From the NCBI RefSeq assembly GCF_009914755.1, contig NC_060930.1: a DNA stretch of 64,000 nucleotides. The stretch is one strand, 5' to 3'. Below are positions 17,002 to 32,589 of the stretch, in pieces (position 1 is the first letter of the stretch; each line of letters opens with the position of its first letter). A model generated the notes under the pieces. That model ran no database searches, was not told the DNA's origin, and worked only from the letters and a program-made list of their open reading frames with translations. Both the position numbers and the translations under genes were made by a program. The stretch is from the human T2T-CHM13v2.0 reference genome, Homo sapiens.

Positions 17002-18499
17002 TAACATGTTTTGTTTTTGCCTTTTTATTATTGTTATGTTTAATCCACTGAAAAACAACCTGAAAACAAAACTATTGCATACCAAACACTTTTAAAAAAC
17101 TAGGTCATTTTCTATGTATCAGTCAGATTCTTGAAGTCAATACAAACAACAAAAAATATGTTTCTGGAAGGAGACTTAAAAAATGTTAATGGACAACCTT
17201 GGTATTGAAAGCATTTATTTCACTTATATACACATTTTAAAAATGAAACAGCTGCAATTTATCCTGCAATCAGTTCCAATATCTTATTGTTTTTGTGTAG
17301 CTCTTAATTTTAAATTAAAATTGATTTGCAGCCACAAAATTAAATGCCAAATTGATAAGTGTATCTGAAGTATTTCTATAAACAATAAAAATTTTAAAAA
17401 ACGACTGACGAAAGTTAAATGCTGTCTAAACTAAGTTTTGCCTGTTTTAAGGTCTCAATTTGTTCTTTAAAAATATGTAATTGCTATAAAAATAATAGAG
17501 AATTCAGAGAGAAAATGTTTTAACAAAATGCTAATATCTTTTGTAATTATATTTAAATGCAACAGGGATGCTATTTGAAATTAGAATAAAATTTAGTTAT
17601 CCTAATTTATGAGTTCAAATCGAATTTTAAAATCTATAAGCTTGCCTACAAAAATGGTTTCAAATATTTTTGTAAGAAACGTTTAATTACTTATTTTAGA
17701 AATTGTGTGATACAGATTTAACTTATAATACTATTTCTAGCCCCAAATTGTTTAAGTGAATTTGATAAACTAGATTATTATGTATAACCATTTCTTTCAG
17801 TTAATGGTACTGGAGCAGATGATCATGTATTAATAAAGTTGCCCATGACAAAATCCTGGCCCTTCCGACCCCCTAAGCCAGAATTCTTTCTGTCATTGTT
17901 TCAGGCTTCAAAATGGTGAGAAGATAATGAGAAAAGGAAAGAATCTATGGATAAGAAGTAAGGAGAAAATCGTTGACAATTGTCAAAATCTTGCCTCATT
18001 ACTTCTCCAGGAATGATGTCTATCCTTTTCTTCAAACACATTCTGTATTCTAGGAATTCTGAATTATTTTGGATTAGCCAAACTCACTATAAACTCTACT
18101 GTAAGTATTTTCAAATACCTTACTTAAATAGGAACATTTATCCTTCTGGCCACTTTTATGGGCTATTTCTTCTTTACCTATCATGACATTTTTGCCATTT
18201 CTAAAGATCACCAGAACTAAGATTGGTACCTTTCCCGTGTAATCATTTCAAAGCTAATCATGACATGCAAAATATTATTTAGTTATTTGTTTTCAGAAGA
18301 GTTGTCTTGTACTCAGAGATGGTATTCTAAAGTCAGTATGTAAAAAAAAAAATCTAACGTCAATATTACCCTTGAAAATCACTGAACTGCAAATAAAGAG
18401 ACTCTCTACCACTTAAGCCATTATGTATGAAATGACATGTGTAAGATCTAAAATTAATCAGTGTTAGGAAAGGAAATTTCCTAGCTTGAACTTTTATAA

Positions 18500-20790
<2,291 letters not shown>

Positions 20791-23700
20791 CATTATCTGA
20801 TTTATACTTTTAAAAGGCATTCTGAGATTTCAGGATTCCAGTATGAAGAAAATCTCGTAATTTGAGACTCTTATCCATATAACAAGAAAAAAAACAAAAA
20901 ACCAACAAACTGAAAAACAACAAATTTTCTAGGAACCATTAGAAGTCACATAGTGATTCCCTTCCAGAGATCATATAATGGAAAGAGGAACAAAAAGAAC
21001 TTTACAGTGGGGAAACTTGACAAAAGTGATAATTCAGGTGTGACACAACAAGTGAATAGTTTATATGCTTGATAAGATGTGATGAAAATGACATTTCACC
21101 TCTGTAGTCTTCCATAACATTCACGATGTCATAGGATATGTAGCACTTGGAGACTTATGTGAATTAGATGTATCAGAATCATGAGAATGGATGAGAGATC
21201 CTCTTGGAAAAGTAAAAAGAAGACAAAGGAAAGAGATTGTAAGTTAAACCATTAGAAAACACCAACAACAACATTTCCTTCTCGATAATAAAATTGAAGT
21301 GATCTTTAATTTGTGTAACTAGACTAATAGCCTCTGAGGTTGTTCTCAGCTTCAGGGCCTCCCATACCTTTTCTGTTCTAAGTAAATAATTAAATCCCAT
21401 CAGGATTGGTTCTTGCTTGAGTTCCCTTACAACCCATTAACGTTAGCATTTGTTTATAACTCTGGTGAACTACCTTTGAGTATCTAATTATAGCTTACTT
21501 ACTCATTGATCCCAGAAGAATCTGGACCATAGCATGATTTTCTGTTTCCAGTGTAAACATATTTCATCTATTGTGACTTTGCAGAGATCTGAAGGCTGTA
21601 TTATTTTTATAAGTTGTTGACTATGGCAAGTGCTTTCAAGCCTCAGGCTTCTGAAGGCATTCTAAATAGAAAATAGTTTCTACTCTGAAAAACTGTGAGG
21701 AACACTAATACTGAAAAACTTTGGCTTAATAGCATATGGAGCAAATTTGCCCTAAAAGTATATGGAGGGAAAAGTACTTGTGTTACCATAATACATATTC
21801 TCAAGATAAGGCTAGACATAGTTAGATATCGAGCTAATTGTTATCTACAACACAAAATTTATTCATCAATGTGTATTTTTTAAATCAAATATTACAAAGA
21901 ACATTTGTGTGCACTGGTCTTTTTAAAAACATAATTCTGCCATTGATCAGCTCAGAAGCTACTGCTAGAAAGGTGTATTTTGTGTCTGATATAGCCCTAC
22001 AGCCATATAAGCAGTTTCTTTCTCTTGAGATGTTTTATTCCGCAGGACAAATGTTATGGCTTCTAGCTATTCAATCACCACTATATTTTAAACAAACAGC
22101 TATCCCTAAGTAGGTAAGCCCTACAGCACTTAGATATAAAATGTATGCAACTACTTGGTAAGTGAAAGATTTAAAGAAAGTAGTGCAAACTCCGGTATAG
22201 ATTTCCATTTTAAATGAATCAACTTTACTGCAGCAGCAGTGAGATGTGAGCTCTATCCAGAGCTTTTTGTTAGCCTTTCGTAGTTACATTCATTTTCCCT
22301 GCTAACTCTGATGAAGCAAAAGCTAGAATACAAATTTGCATATAAAAGTAAGTGATAACATTTCGTTCTACCAAAAAACCTATCAAATGAGAGAGTGTTC
22401 TATAATTCTGTGTTTGAAACCAACTCTGGTGGTAAAGGGATGGCTAAAAGCTAACTCAAGCCTCTAGCACATAAATCAAACCTAAATTATTCTTCTAAGC
22501 TTCCTTGAAAGGCTCTAATCAAATTGCTCCAAATTATTGTTTATTTGATTTATTCTTCCCAATGAATTGACTATAAATTCTTATTATGTAAATATAAATT
22601 GAGCAGTATATTTTGATATTAATGCTCTAAGTCATTAGGTCTACTTTCACTAAAGATTTGCTTTTTGACTTTCAGTTAAATATTTATTTTACTCTTTTTT
22701 CAAATATTTATTCTTTTGATACTGATATTTTTGCTTGCCTTTATATAGCCAGAAATGTCCATCATATTTCAGGTTTCTAAGTACTTATTCATTGAGGACC
22801 TATTATAGGCACTAGTGGGTGATTTAGCTTAGTATTCTCTGTCTCTTTCTCTCTCTGTGTATGTATGTATGTGTATGTAAACATATATATGTATAGTAGT
22901 ATCTATCTATGTGGTTCCTTTATGCTACTCAAAATGTAGCAAAATCATGAAAAAATATCCAAAAAATTTCTAATAATTTAATATAATTTCCTCTTCAGAT
23001 ATTGCCAAAAGGAATTTTATTTTTACCTTGTCTACTTAATAATTATAGAAATAAAAATTAATATGTGCCAAAGAAAATAATTTTATTCTTCCAAAGATGA
23101 CTAAGATACAAATAGATAAACACATTCAGATATGCAAATATTCATGCAGATTAATTTGGCAGATTGGAAAGCAAAATAAAAAATCTGAGTACTGCTTTAA
23201 TAGCTGCATTCTAATTTCTTAAATATTATGAACACTTGATGAGAAAAATGATAATTATAAAAGTCATTTCTTCCCGCATTTCTAACTTACATTTTTCTTT
23301 CTGGCTCTGAATATTACCATATATGTGCTATCACAAAGATTTAGTAAAAATGTAGTAAAAGGCACAAGATTCTTTCATCATTTAAATGTAAGTCTTATAT
23401 GACACGTTGTTTCAAAAACTTTCAAAGAACTACTTCAAACGTTGTGGGAGCTAGTTCAAATTGATGTTAAGTTTCAAAAGATTATGGATTTGCTTAATCA
23501 TTTTATTGTATACTTGTTAATAATTAGGCAACATTTGGACATAGAAAGGAAGGTAATCAGTCCACTCTCATGGACTATCTTGAAGTAATTATGACACTCT
23601 TTCACAAAATACAAACAAAACCTACAGGAGATTCAGTCGATATAAACTTTAAGTCTACATCTAGGTGTCTAAAAGGTAAATTTAATTAAACCCAAATATC

Positions 23701-24039
23701 ATTCAACCACAAATAACATAAAATCAAATTCACATTGAAAGTGCTTTTATTTGGCTGTGTTTTAATATTAATCTTTGATTTTCAATTTTGTTTCTTTTTC
23801 CCTTACTATGTCATTAATAACATCTACCAAACTTGAGGGACACTATTTTTGAACATTTGCTTCTTGGTCATTTAGTTCTCAGACAGAATAAAAGGGAAAA
23901 TTAATTTTGAATAAATACTAGGAAAGCGTACATGCATATGTTAAGTTTTCCTTAGTTTATTTGTATGATAATTTCTTAGTTTTTGCCATGGCATGAACAT
24001 TTGAAATGGTAACTTTATTATAGCTATGAAATTAGCATA

Positions 24040-24290
24040 AAGGCAGTATAGGAGGATTTATAGCAGAATACTTAAAGAATCTTTGAGACTGATCATGAGG
24101 TGAGTTCATATTCTGGCCTTCCAAATTATTAATGGGAATTCAATGGGAAATTCATTTATCTTCTACAAGTCTAAATTTTTACAATATAAAAAAGGAGATA
24201 AGATAGTTTTAAGTAAAATAAATTAAAAATATATAAAATGTTATAGAATTAGGGTGGGTATGTAGTAAGCTGTGAATAAACATTACTTAT
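24040..24290 (+). mobile_element. MIR relic
   Basis: aggcagtatagg...gagttcatattctggc...ataaaaaaggagataagatag...tagtaagctgtgaataaa. Confidence 0.55.
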
Positions 24291-25564
24291 AATAGTCACA
24301 TCATTTTATTCAGATGTATTAAGAATCTCTTTTAAGCTTTAAAAAATGAATAAGACAGACTAATGGCAACATGGAAAGGATGAAGAGGTATATTATAAAT
24401 ATTAAACAGAAGAACCAGTTTATTTGCATTTGCGCTAAGATACTATAAAGAATATGCCTTTATGTAATACAAGCTAAATTAAAAGCAATGCTACTTAAAT
24501 AGGATGGTCAAGGATGGTTTCTTAAAAATGTTTCATAACAATAATAATAGCATGATAATGATAATGATGATACTAATTTTAAAATAATAATAGATAAGTA
24601 TTAAATGTTTCTAAGTATATTTACTGGGAATTTATATATGTTATTTTATTTATTTATAATATATCCCCTGCTGGGTAATTTATTATTATTCACATTTTAT
24701 TGAGACCTTATATAACTTACCTGAAATCCAAAAATGTTGGCTGCTAGATTTGGATATGTAAATATAGACCTGATAATGAACAAAATAGAAAAATAATAAA
24801 TCAATAAAAATACAAAACAGCTTTAAAAACTATGATGTCAGACTTCCAAGAAATTAAATTCCACAATGGTCAATATGATCCAAAGACCTAACTCTGTGCA
24901 GGAATACATGCATGTAATAGGAGTGAATTGTTTGATGCATGTCTTCCTTTACTTTTCTTACCTGTACTGATTTACCTCTGTTTCCTCTACCTCATTCTTT
25001 CTTTCTACCATACTCCTTTATATTTACTCACAACACATTACTGGGGAACATTTTAGGATTACATTTCTTTTTTTTTCTATTAATGAAAATTTTATTTTAT
25101 CAAGTCAACATATATTGAAATCAAAGGTAGGTAGTAATACCTGTGCTCTTAGAGAGGCTTAAAGAAGACTGTTATGAATGCCATTCTTAAGGAAAGATAT
25201 TTAGGAAGGAGGTGTGGCAAAGAGCTACTCATTATCTAAGGCACCACCTAAAGATTAATGCTATAATCATAGAAAGAAGTTGTCCTAATCAGGATCCAAC
25301 ATTATGTATCAAATACAAGATGGAGTAAGAATATAAGTAATGAGGTTTGAGCTTAGTGAAATGGAGAGGTAAGATGAAAGGTTTGGAGAATTTATACTCG
25401 CAAAAGAGAATATTGCCATAGTATCGCTTTTACATAGCACCTGGTGCCTGAAATGAAGTAGGTGAGTGCTACTGCAAAAACGATACTGTCCTGAAAAATA
25501 ATTTATTCATAAACCATGAATTGTAATATTTATGTAAACTAAACATTTCAATAAATTATAGTAG

Positions 25565-26696
25565 TTCTGTAGGATTAGTGGTGATATCCCCTTTATCATT
25601 TTTTATTGTGTCTATTTTATTCTTCTCTCTTTTCTTCTTTATTAGATTAGCTAGCAGTCTATCTATTTTGTTAATCTTTTCAAAAAAACAGCTACTAGAT
25701 TCATTGATCTTTTGAAGGGTTTTTCGTGTCTCTCTCCTTCAGTTCTGCTCTGTTCTTAGTTATTTCTTGCCTTCTGCTAGCTTTTGCATTTGTTTGCTCT
25801 TGCTTCTCTACTTCTTTTAACTGTGATGTTCGGGTGTCAATTTTAGATCTTTCCTGCTTTCTCCTATAGGCATTTAGTGCTATAAATTTCCCTCTAAACA
25901 CTGCTTTAGCTGTGTCCCAGAGATTCTGGTACATTGTGTCTTTGTTCTCATTGGTTTTAAAGAACTTATTTATTTCTGCATTAATTTCATTATTTACCCA
26001 GTAGTCATTAAGGTGATCATTAAAAAGTCAGGAAACAACAGATACTAGAGAGGATGTAGAGACATAGGATGGCTTTTACACTGTTGGTGGGAGTATAAAT
26101 TAGTTCACCCATTGTGGAAGACAGTGTGGCGATTCCTCAAGGATCTAGAACTAGAAATACCGTTTGACCCAGCAATCCCATTATTGGTTATATACCCAGA
26201 GGATTATAAGTCATGCTGCTATACAGACACGTGCACATGTTAGTTTATTGCAACAGCGTTCACAATAGCAAAGACTTGGAACCAACCCATCAATGATAGA
26301 CTGGATAAAGAAAATGTGGCACATATACAACATGGAATACTATGCATCCTTAAAAAAACCATATCATTTGCAGGGACATGAATGAAGCTGGAAACCATCA
26401 TTCTCAGTAAACTAACAGGAACAGAAAACCAAACACCACATGTTCTCACTCATAAGTTGGAGTTGAACAATGAGAACACATGGACACAGGGAGGGGAACA
26501 TCACACATACCGGGGGCCTGTCAGGGGTTGAGGGGCAAGGGGAAGGATAGCATTAGGAGAAATACCTAATGTAGATGGCAGGTTGATGGGTGCAGCAAAC
26601 CACCATGGCATGTGTATACCTTTGTAACAAAGTTGCATGTTCTGCACATGTATCCCAGAACTTAAAGTGTAATAATAATTTTAAAAAGCTTAAAAT
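25565..26696 (+). mobile_element. L1PA7-like, 5'-inverted: minus ORF2 piece 25565-26013, sense 3' part 26012-26696
   Basis: Minus peptide [19 protein letters not shown]; strand switch at gtcattaagg|tgatcattaaaaag; TSD aatta(t/c)agtag at 25554-25564 and 26697-26707. Confidence 0.92.
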
Positions 26697-27214
26697 AATT
26701 ACAGTAGAAGAGCTTACAATTTTTTCAAAAGAAATTACCTTTCCTTGTCTTTAATGTTGGCCCATTCTCAAGCCATTCTGGTACTGAAACACTTTTGTTT
26801 TTCCCATTTACTATCTTTAGTCTCTTTCAAATTTTATCTATATATTAGATCAGTAGACACATTTTTCTTACAGACTTTTATCTTAATCTGATGACTGGAA
26901 AGATTATTGCCATCATTTTGGAGACATGTTTGAAGTTTTTGTTACCTAATACAACAAAAACTAGCATAAGCCAATATCACAGGCATGTAATTATAGCTTA
27001 CATATAATATTGAGACTCTTTAGTGTTCAGTAATCCTTTGCTTGTAACTGAAAAGACACAGCTTCCTAATTCGTATAAAAAGCTTTAAAATTATCTTTAT
27101 GATCTTTGTAATCATGTGCTGTATTCAAATGTGAAGACACACATATTGACTTCTTTTGGTATTGCAGAGGATTTTTTATGGGGAGGGCGTTTTCTTTTAG
27201 TTATAATTAATGTT

Positions 27215-27568
27215 TGTATTAGTCTGTTTTGATGGTGCTGACAAAGACGTACCAAAGACTGGAAAGAAAAAACGTTTAATTGGACTTAACAGTTTCACAT
27301 GGCTAGGGAGGTGTCAGAATCATGGCAGGAGGTGAATCGCACATTTTACATAGCAGCAGAAAAAGAAAATGAGGAGGAAGCAAAAGCAGAAGCACCTGAT
27401 AAACCCATGAGATCTCGTGAGACTTACTCACTATCACAAGAATAGCACTGGAAAGACAGGCCCCCATGTTTCAATTACCTCCCCCTGGGTCCCTCCCACA
27501 ATACGTGGGCATTCTGGAAGATACAATTCAAGTTGAGATTTGGGTGGGGGCACAGCAAAACCATATCA
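27215..27568 (-). mobile_element. THE1 (B/C-like) solo LTR, ERVL-MaLR
   Basis: tgtattagtc...aaaccatatca termini; 5-bp TSD atgtt/atatt. Confidence 0.92.
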
Positions 27569-27643
27569 ATATTCTCTGTTTATTGACCCGTGCTATAGAT
27601 CTAGTTTTGTCTTTGGTTAAAAGAATTTCTAACGTCTCTCTAA

Positions 27644-27700
27644 ACTATTAAACCATTATGTGGTTTAGACTATTAAACCATTATGTGGTTTAGACTATTA
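27644..27700. repeat. Perfect 25-bp tandem repeat x2.3
   Basis: actattaaaccattatgtggtttag twice, plus actatta. Confidence 0.95.
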
Positions 27701-29529
27701 CACCACATATTAAAACAATTGACCATCCATAATGATTGTCCCCAATTTGTGGACTCCTTAGCAATGTATTCAAAACAAATAAAGGGACTAGCAACACCTC
27801 ACTTATATGCCTAGTTTACACTTGACACTAATTTGATGCTTGAAAGCAATCGGTGAATTTCATCCATTAAAAACAAAAAATGGTTGAATCACAGAGAGAT
27901 CAGTAGAATGATTATTATTCCTAGTGAATTCTTATTGGAGCCATTACAATACAGTTGACAGTATAGGATTTAGAAAATCTAAGTTTTGCTTCTCACTTCC
28001 TTATTTTTCAGATATATGGAACTTAAAAGCTGCTATGTGTTCATCTTTAAACATTTAAAGAATGTATTAGGTAGCAATGCTCAGTGCTGAAGATACAAAC
28101 ATAAGCAAAAAACTCTACTCCATAGCCTCTCTATCCTTTCATCACCTCTTGGGAGAGGGATAGATAAATATGACATCATAACAAAACACGTGTAATGTAA
28201 ATGTATTACAAAGATTGTGTAAATGAAGCATTTATGAATATTCTATTAACTATTCGATTTCCCACTGTAGCTAGCACTTATAAAGAATTTGATAAGTAAC
28301 TAGATAAATGAATCAGAAAATAAATCTATTGTTCAAATTTCATCAGAATGAATTAATGAGTGATAAGTTCTCCTTGAAGAAAGACTGAGGATAAATCAGC
28401 TTAAACATGAATAAAATTTTAACAGGTAAAGAAGGCATTCCAAGAGAAGGAACAACGTGAAAAGAAACAAACTCATGAAGGCCTGAGGCATGAGCATGTG
28501 TTGAGCATTTGGGAAAGAACAAAGTCATGTTATAAGACCCTATAATGCTTGGCAAAAGATAGTGGCAAGAAAGCTGGGGAAAAAAAGCTGGGATGACATG
28601 ATAAAGAATTTTATATTTCAGTCAAAATAAATGTCATTTCATTGGAGCTTAATAAACGTGTCAGTTTTTTAATTATTCTTGTTTTCACCTAAAAGTGAAA
28701 AAAAATGTAAAATGCTTTGCTCATTTATAAGGTGGTAACAACTACAAAATGGAACAATTAATTGAAATACATATATGAATACCCATTAAACATAAGGGAT
28801 TTAACTTAAGGCATTAAATTAAATAAAGTAGTTATATTAAGACATCTTTGATTATTGAAGAATAAAATTACTGGGTGCTTAAATATATAAAGCAGTGGCA
28901 CAGATTCATAAAGATACAGCATGGGAGATGTATTGCAATATTCTATTATTACTTAATACAATGTTTTATATTTCTTATCAGACGATACAGCCAAATCTTT
29001 GCTGTTCTAAGGTCATTCTTCAATCATCTTTGCAATAAAAAACTATGTATTATTGGAAGAAAGAACAAGTGCAAAGAGTTTCCCTAAATAGTGCACTTTG
29101 CCAAAAATTAATTTTTTAATGAACATTTTTGATTTTTCTAATTTTTAATTAATGGTGTATTGATGTTTGGGAGTGAATAAAAGTCCTTGGTGGCACATAA
29201 TATAATTCATATCGTGTAAGGCATTGGGCAGAGAGATATTCTCCTTAGGTGAAACAAATAAACATTGAAAGCTAAATATTTTCAAATAAATTCAAAATGT
29301 GCAGAGTTAATCCAGTGGAGTTTAGTTACATATATACGGCCCTCAATTATATAGATTAGGTTAACTTTTCAAGAAAATCACCCAATGATATAATTTGTTC
29401 TATGTGGAGTAGATTTCTTTGTCATACAAAAATACCAGTACTAAAGAGTAAGATTGTCAAATGTATCTATATAATATCATGATCTTAGGATATTGCTTAT
29501 GATACATAGTATGGATTCCTATGCCAGGC

Positions 29530-29770
29530 ATTACGGTGTAGTGCTTAAGATTTTGTATTTCAATCACCCACAACTTGATTTGCTACTTAGCCATGATGTT
29601 AATTATCTGAGCAAGTTGTGGTTAATTATTTTACTGTATCTGAGTCTCAAGTTCCTTGTCTGAAAATTTGAGATAACAATGCCTACACAAAGAGTGTTAG
29701 ATATTAAATAATATATGTACCATACTGAGAGATGATGACATATAGTAAGTGTCTAGTAAAGTAGTTATTA
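29530..29770 (+). mobile_element. MIR relic
   Basis: ggtgtagtgcttaaga...tctgagtctcaagttccttgtctgaaaatttgagataacaat...catatagtaagtgtctagtaaa. Confidence 0.65.
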
Positions 29771-29785
29771 AAACAATACAGTATT

Positions 29786-31744
29786 GGGACACTGTAGCCC
29801 AAGTGGGCCTCCAGTGATGTCAAGATGCTCAGGTACCAGACCCCCAGCATTAGCCCCAAGTCTCACAGGGCTGAGCAAGGGTGGGCATTAGGTCACCTGA
29901 GCTATCCTGTTAGACCTTGAATGAAATATCCACAAGATGGCAGCAGCTGCGGGTAAGGCACAAAGGAGCTTGGTATGGTGCCTTGGCTAGTTACACTTGA
30001 TATTCTTCAGGAAATATGCAGAAAAGAAAAGCACACATGTAAATAGATTGGAATCAATCTATTGGTGGACTACTTGTGTGACTACAAGGCAGTGAAGCAT
30101 ATGGAATTTTATCTTGTAAAATGAAAATGATGGCTAGATTCTACAAATACTTAGGAACCTTTGCAAAATCTCAAGGGCCCATGACTGTTTCAGCAATTCT
30201 TTAATAGTGAGCATAATTATTTATCTCAGGTAAATAAAGGCAAAGCAATAATTCCAAAAGACAATAACAAAACTTCAAAACCTGCCATTGCCAAGTACAT
30301 TGTAAAGAAGGCCAAACAAAGGATAGTTCTGCAGAGATGGCAAGATGAACTCAGCAGAAGACAGAATAATAAAGGAGTGATATTTGTTGAAAATAGGGTT
30401 CACTTAGAAGGCCCACCTTCAGACTTCTGCTATATTGATGAATACAAACCAGCTCCTGGAATCAGCTTAGTAAATGAAGCTACCTTTTGTTGTTCATGCA
30501 CAGATTGCTTCTTTGAAAAATGTTGTCTTGGTGAAGCTGGAATTCTTTTGGCTTATAGTAAAAACCAACAAATTAAAATCCCACCTGTTACTCCCATCTA
30601 TAAATGCATCTCAATCTGTCAATGTGGACCTCACTGTACCAATAGGATTGTACAAAAAGGCACACAGTAATTCACTTTGCATCTTTCACAGTATCAATGA
30701 CCATGGCTGGGGTGTAAAAACCCATGTGAAGATTAAAAGAATAAGTTTTGTCATGGAATAAGTTGGAAAGGTAATCACAAGTGACGAAGCTGAAAGATGA
30801 GGGCAGTTATATGACAACAAATGATCTGGACTATGAATCTGATGAATTCACAGAGGATGCAGCTCAATATGGAACTGTATCTCATTTTGTGAATCATAGT
30901 AGTGACCCAAAACTTCATATGTTCAATGTTTTCATTGATAACTTGACACTGGCCTTCCCTAAATAGCTCTGTGTTCCATGAGAACTATAAATGCTGGAGA
31001 AGAGTTGATTTTTGACAATCAAACAAAAAGTTCTGGGGATATATCTTCAGAGTTTATTGACCACAGCTCAGCCAAAAAGAGGGTCAGAACTGTATGTAAA
31101 TGTGGAGCTGTGACTTGCAGAGGTTGCCTCAAATGAATTTTCAGGAAATAGAAATGATGATAATTGTAGTTTGTTTCTTTTTTCTAATGTTATCATTTAA
31201 AAAATAAGTATTTGGAACTCTTTTTTCATATTATCAAGATTATAACTATGTTAATTGACAATTCATGGTTCAAGGCATTTACCAAATGCATTACTGATGC
31301 CTCTGGAGAGAGGGCCACTGGGTTGCATAGACTGATCTGAAGTCTACGTATTTAGTGCTTAGAGACTAAACATGGAAAAAAACTATTTATAGCTCAGCAT
31401 ATGCACACTTAGTTAAGAAGTCAATGTGAATAGAGAAATGCCGTCTGTAGTGTTTGAATAGTGTTAAACTGATAATGTAATAACTGCTGAGAGATCAAAC
31501 ATTCAATTTTCCGTACTCCTTGAACTCAGATAAATAGAGTTAATTCAATTTGGGAAAACCTACAAGTTCTGTTATTGTTACCATATTGTCATTCTTATTT
31601 AATACTCACTGTACTTTTATTTGAGACAAATAGGTGATACTGAATTTTATACTCTATTGTCTACTTTTTCATTAAAACATTGGCATCTCAATGACATATA
31701 AACTTAAGGTAAGACATTAAATGTAAAACTTTTTAGTTAAAAAA
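29786..31744 (+). pseudogene. SUV39H2: Processed pseudogene of SUV39H2 (H3K9 methyltransferase); CDS remnant 29937-31136 with 5' leader and ~600-nt 3' UTR
   Basis: Intronless order chromodomain (YLCDYK..K.MEFYLVK), pre-SET (EYKPAPGISLVNEATF.CSCTDCFF.KCC), SET ([29 protein letters not shown]), post-SET (RVRTVCKCGAVTCRG). Multiple stops, frameshifts and deletions; ATTAAA at 31716 and short A-run at 31739. Symbol denotes the parent gene. Confidence 0.96.
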
Positions 31745-32094
31745 CTACTATCTAAAATATAATTTTATTAATTTTTTTAGATTTTTATCTTTCAAAATAT
31801 ATTTTATGAGATCTATGTAAAATGTAATTGCTATTAAAATATTTTGTGGTTTTTGGATAGAATTTATTTCCTATACATATTCCAAAGAAGTTTAACATAT
31901 TTATATATAGAAAACATTTTATATATAACATATACAATACATATGTGTGCTTATATATATGTATTTTAATCAATGCTTTTAAGGGGAGACATAGTAAATA
32001 TAGATGATTTTGCATCCTCAAAATCACAAATTAGTCTATGAGAGAATTTTATGGCATACAATTTTAAGGAACTACGCATGAAATCTCTCTCACT

Positions 32095-32399
32095 GGCCAG
32101 GCTCATTGCTCAGGCAGGCCTATAATCCCAGCACTGTGGGAGGCTGAGGTGGGAGGATTGTTTGAGGCCAGTAGTTTAATACAAGCCGGGACAACATAGT
32201 GAGAATCTGTCTTTACAAAAACAATAATAATAGCCAGGCATGGTGGCACTCACTGGTAGTACCAACTACTCAGGAAGCTGAGGTGGAAGGATCGCTTGAG
32301 CCCAGGAGCCGAGGAGTTTGATGTTGCAGTGAGCCATTGCACCATTGTACTCCAGTCTGAGTGAGACAGTGATAAACTGTCCAAAAAAAAAAAAAAAAA
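32095..32399 (+). mobile_element. AluJ-like
   Basis: Diverged dimer with gaggctgaggtgggaggattg and poly(A). Confidence 0.9.
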
Positions 32400-32589
32400 C
32401 TCTAAATTCTTTGGAAATTTTTTTTTTAGAAAAAATTCTAAATATTATTTGCTCAACCAACTTCATCCATTATTCTACTTTTTATGTGCATGTAATAACA
32501 TTTATGGCTATTATCATAAAATGGAAATGCCGGAAATGCATCAAATTATATTGCTTCCCTATTCAAAATTTGTACTATTTTCTCATCAC

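Noticed and set aside
27644-27700. Palindromic direct repeats resembling a CRISPR array
   Set aside because: No spacers, only 2.3 units and a eukaryotic context.
30377-30966. Pre-SET and SET ORFs as a functional mini-methyltransferase
   Set aside because: Broken by stops and frameshifts, and catalytic motif residues are lost.
29770-31765. TSD for the SUV39H2 retrocopy
   Set aside because: Only weak A-rich similarity (aaaacaatac vs aaaactactat); cannot be supported.
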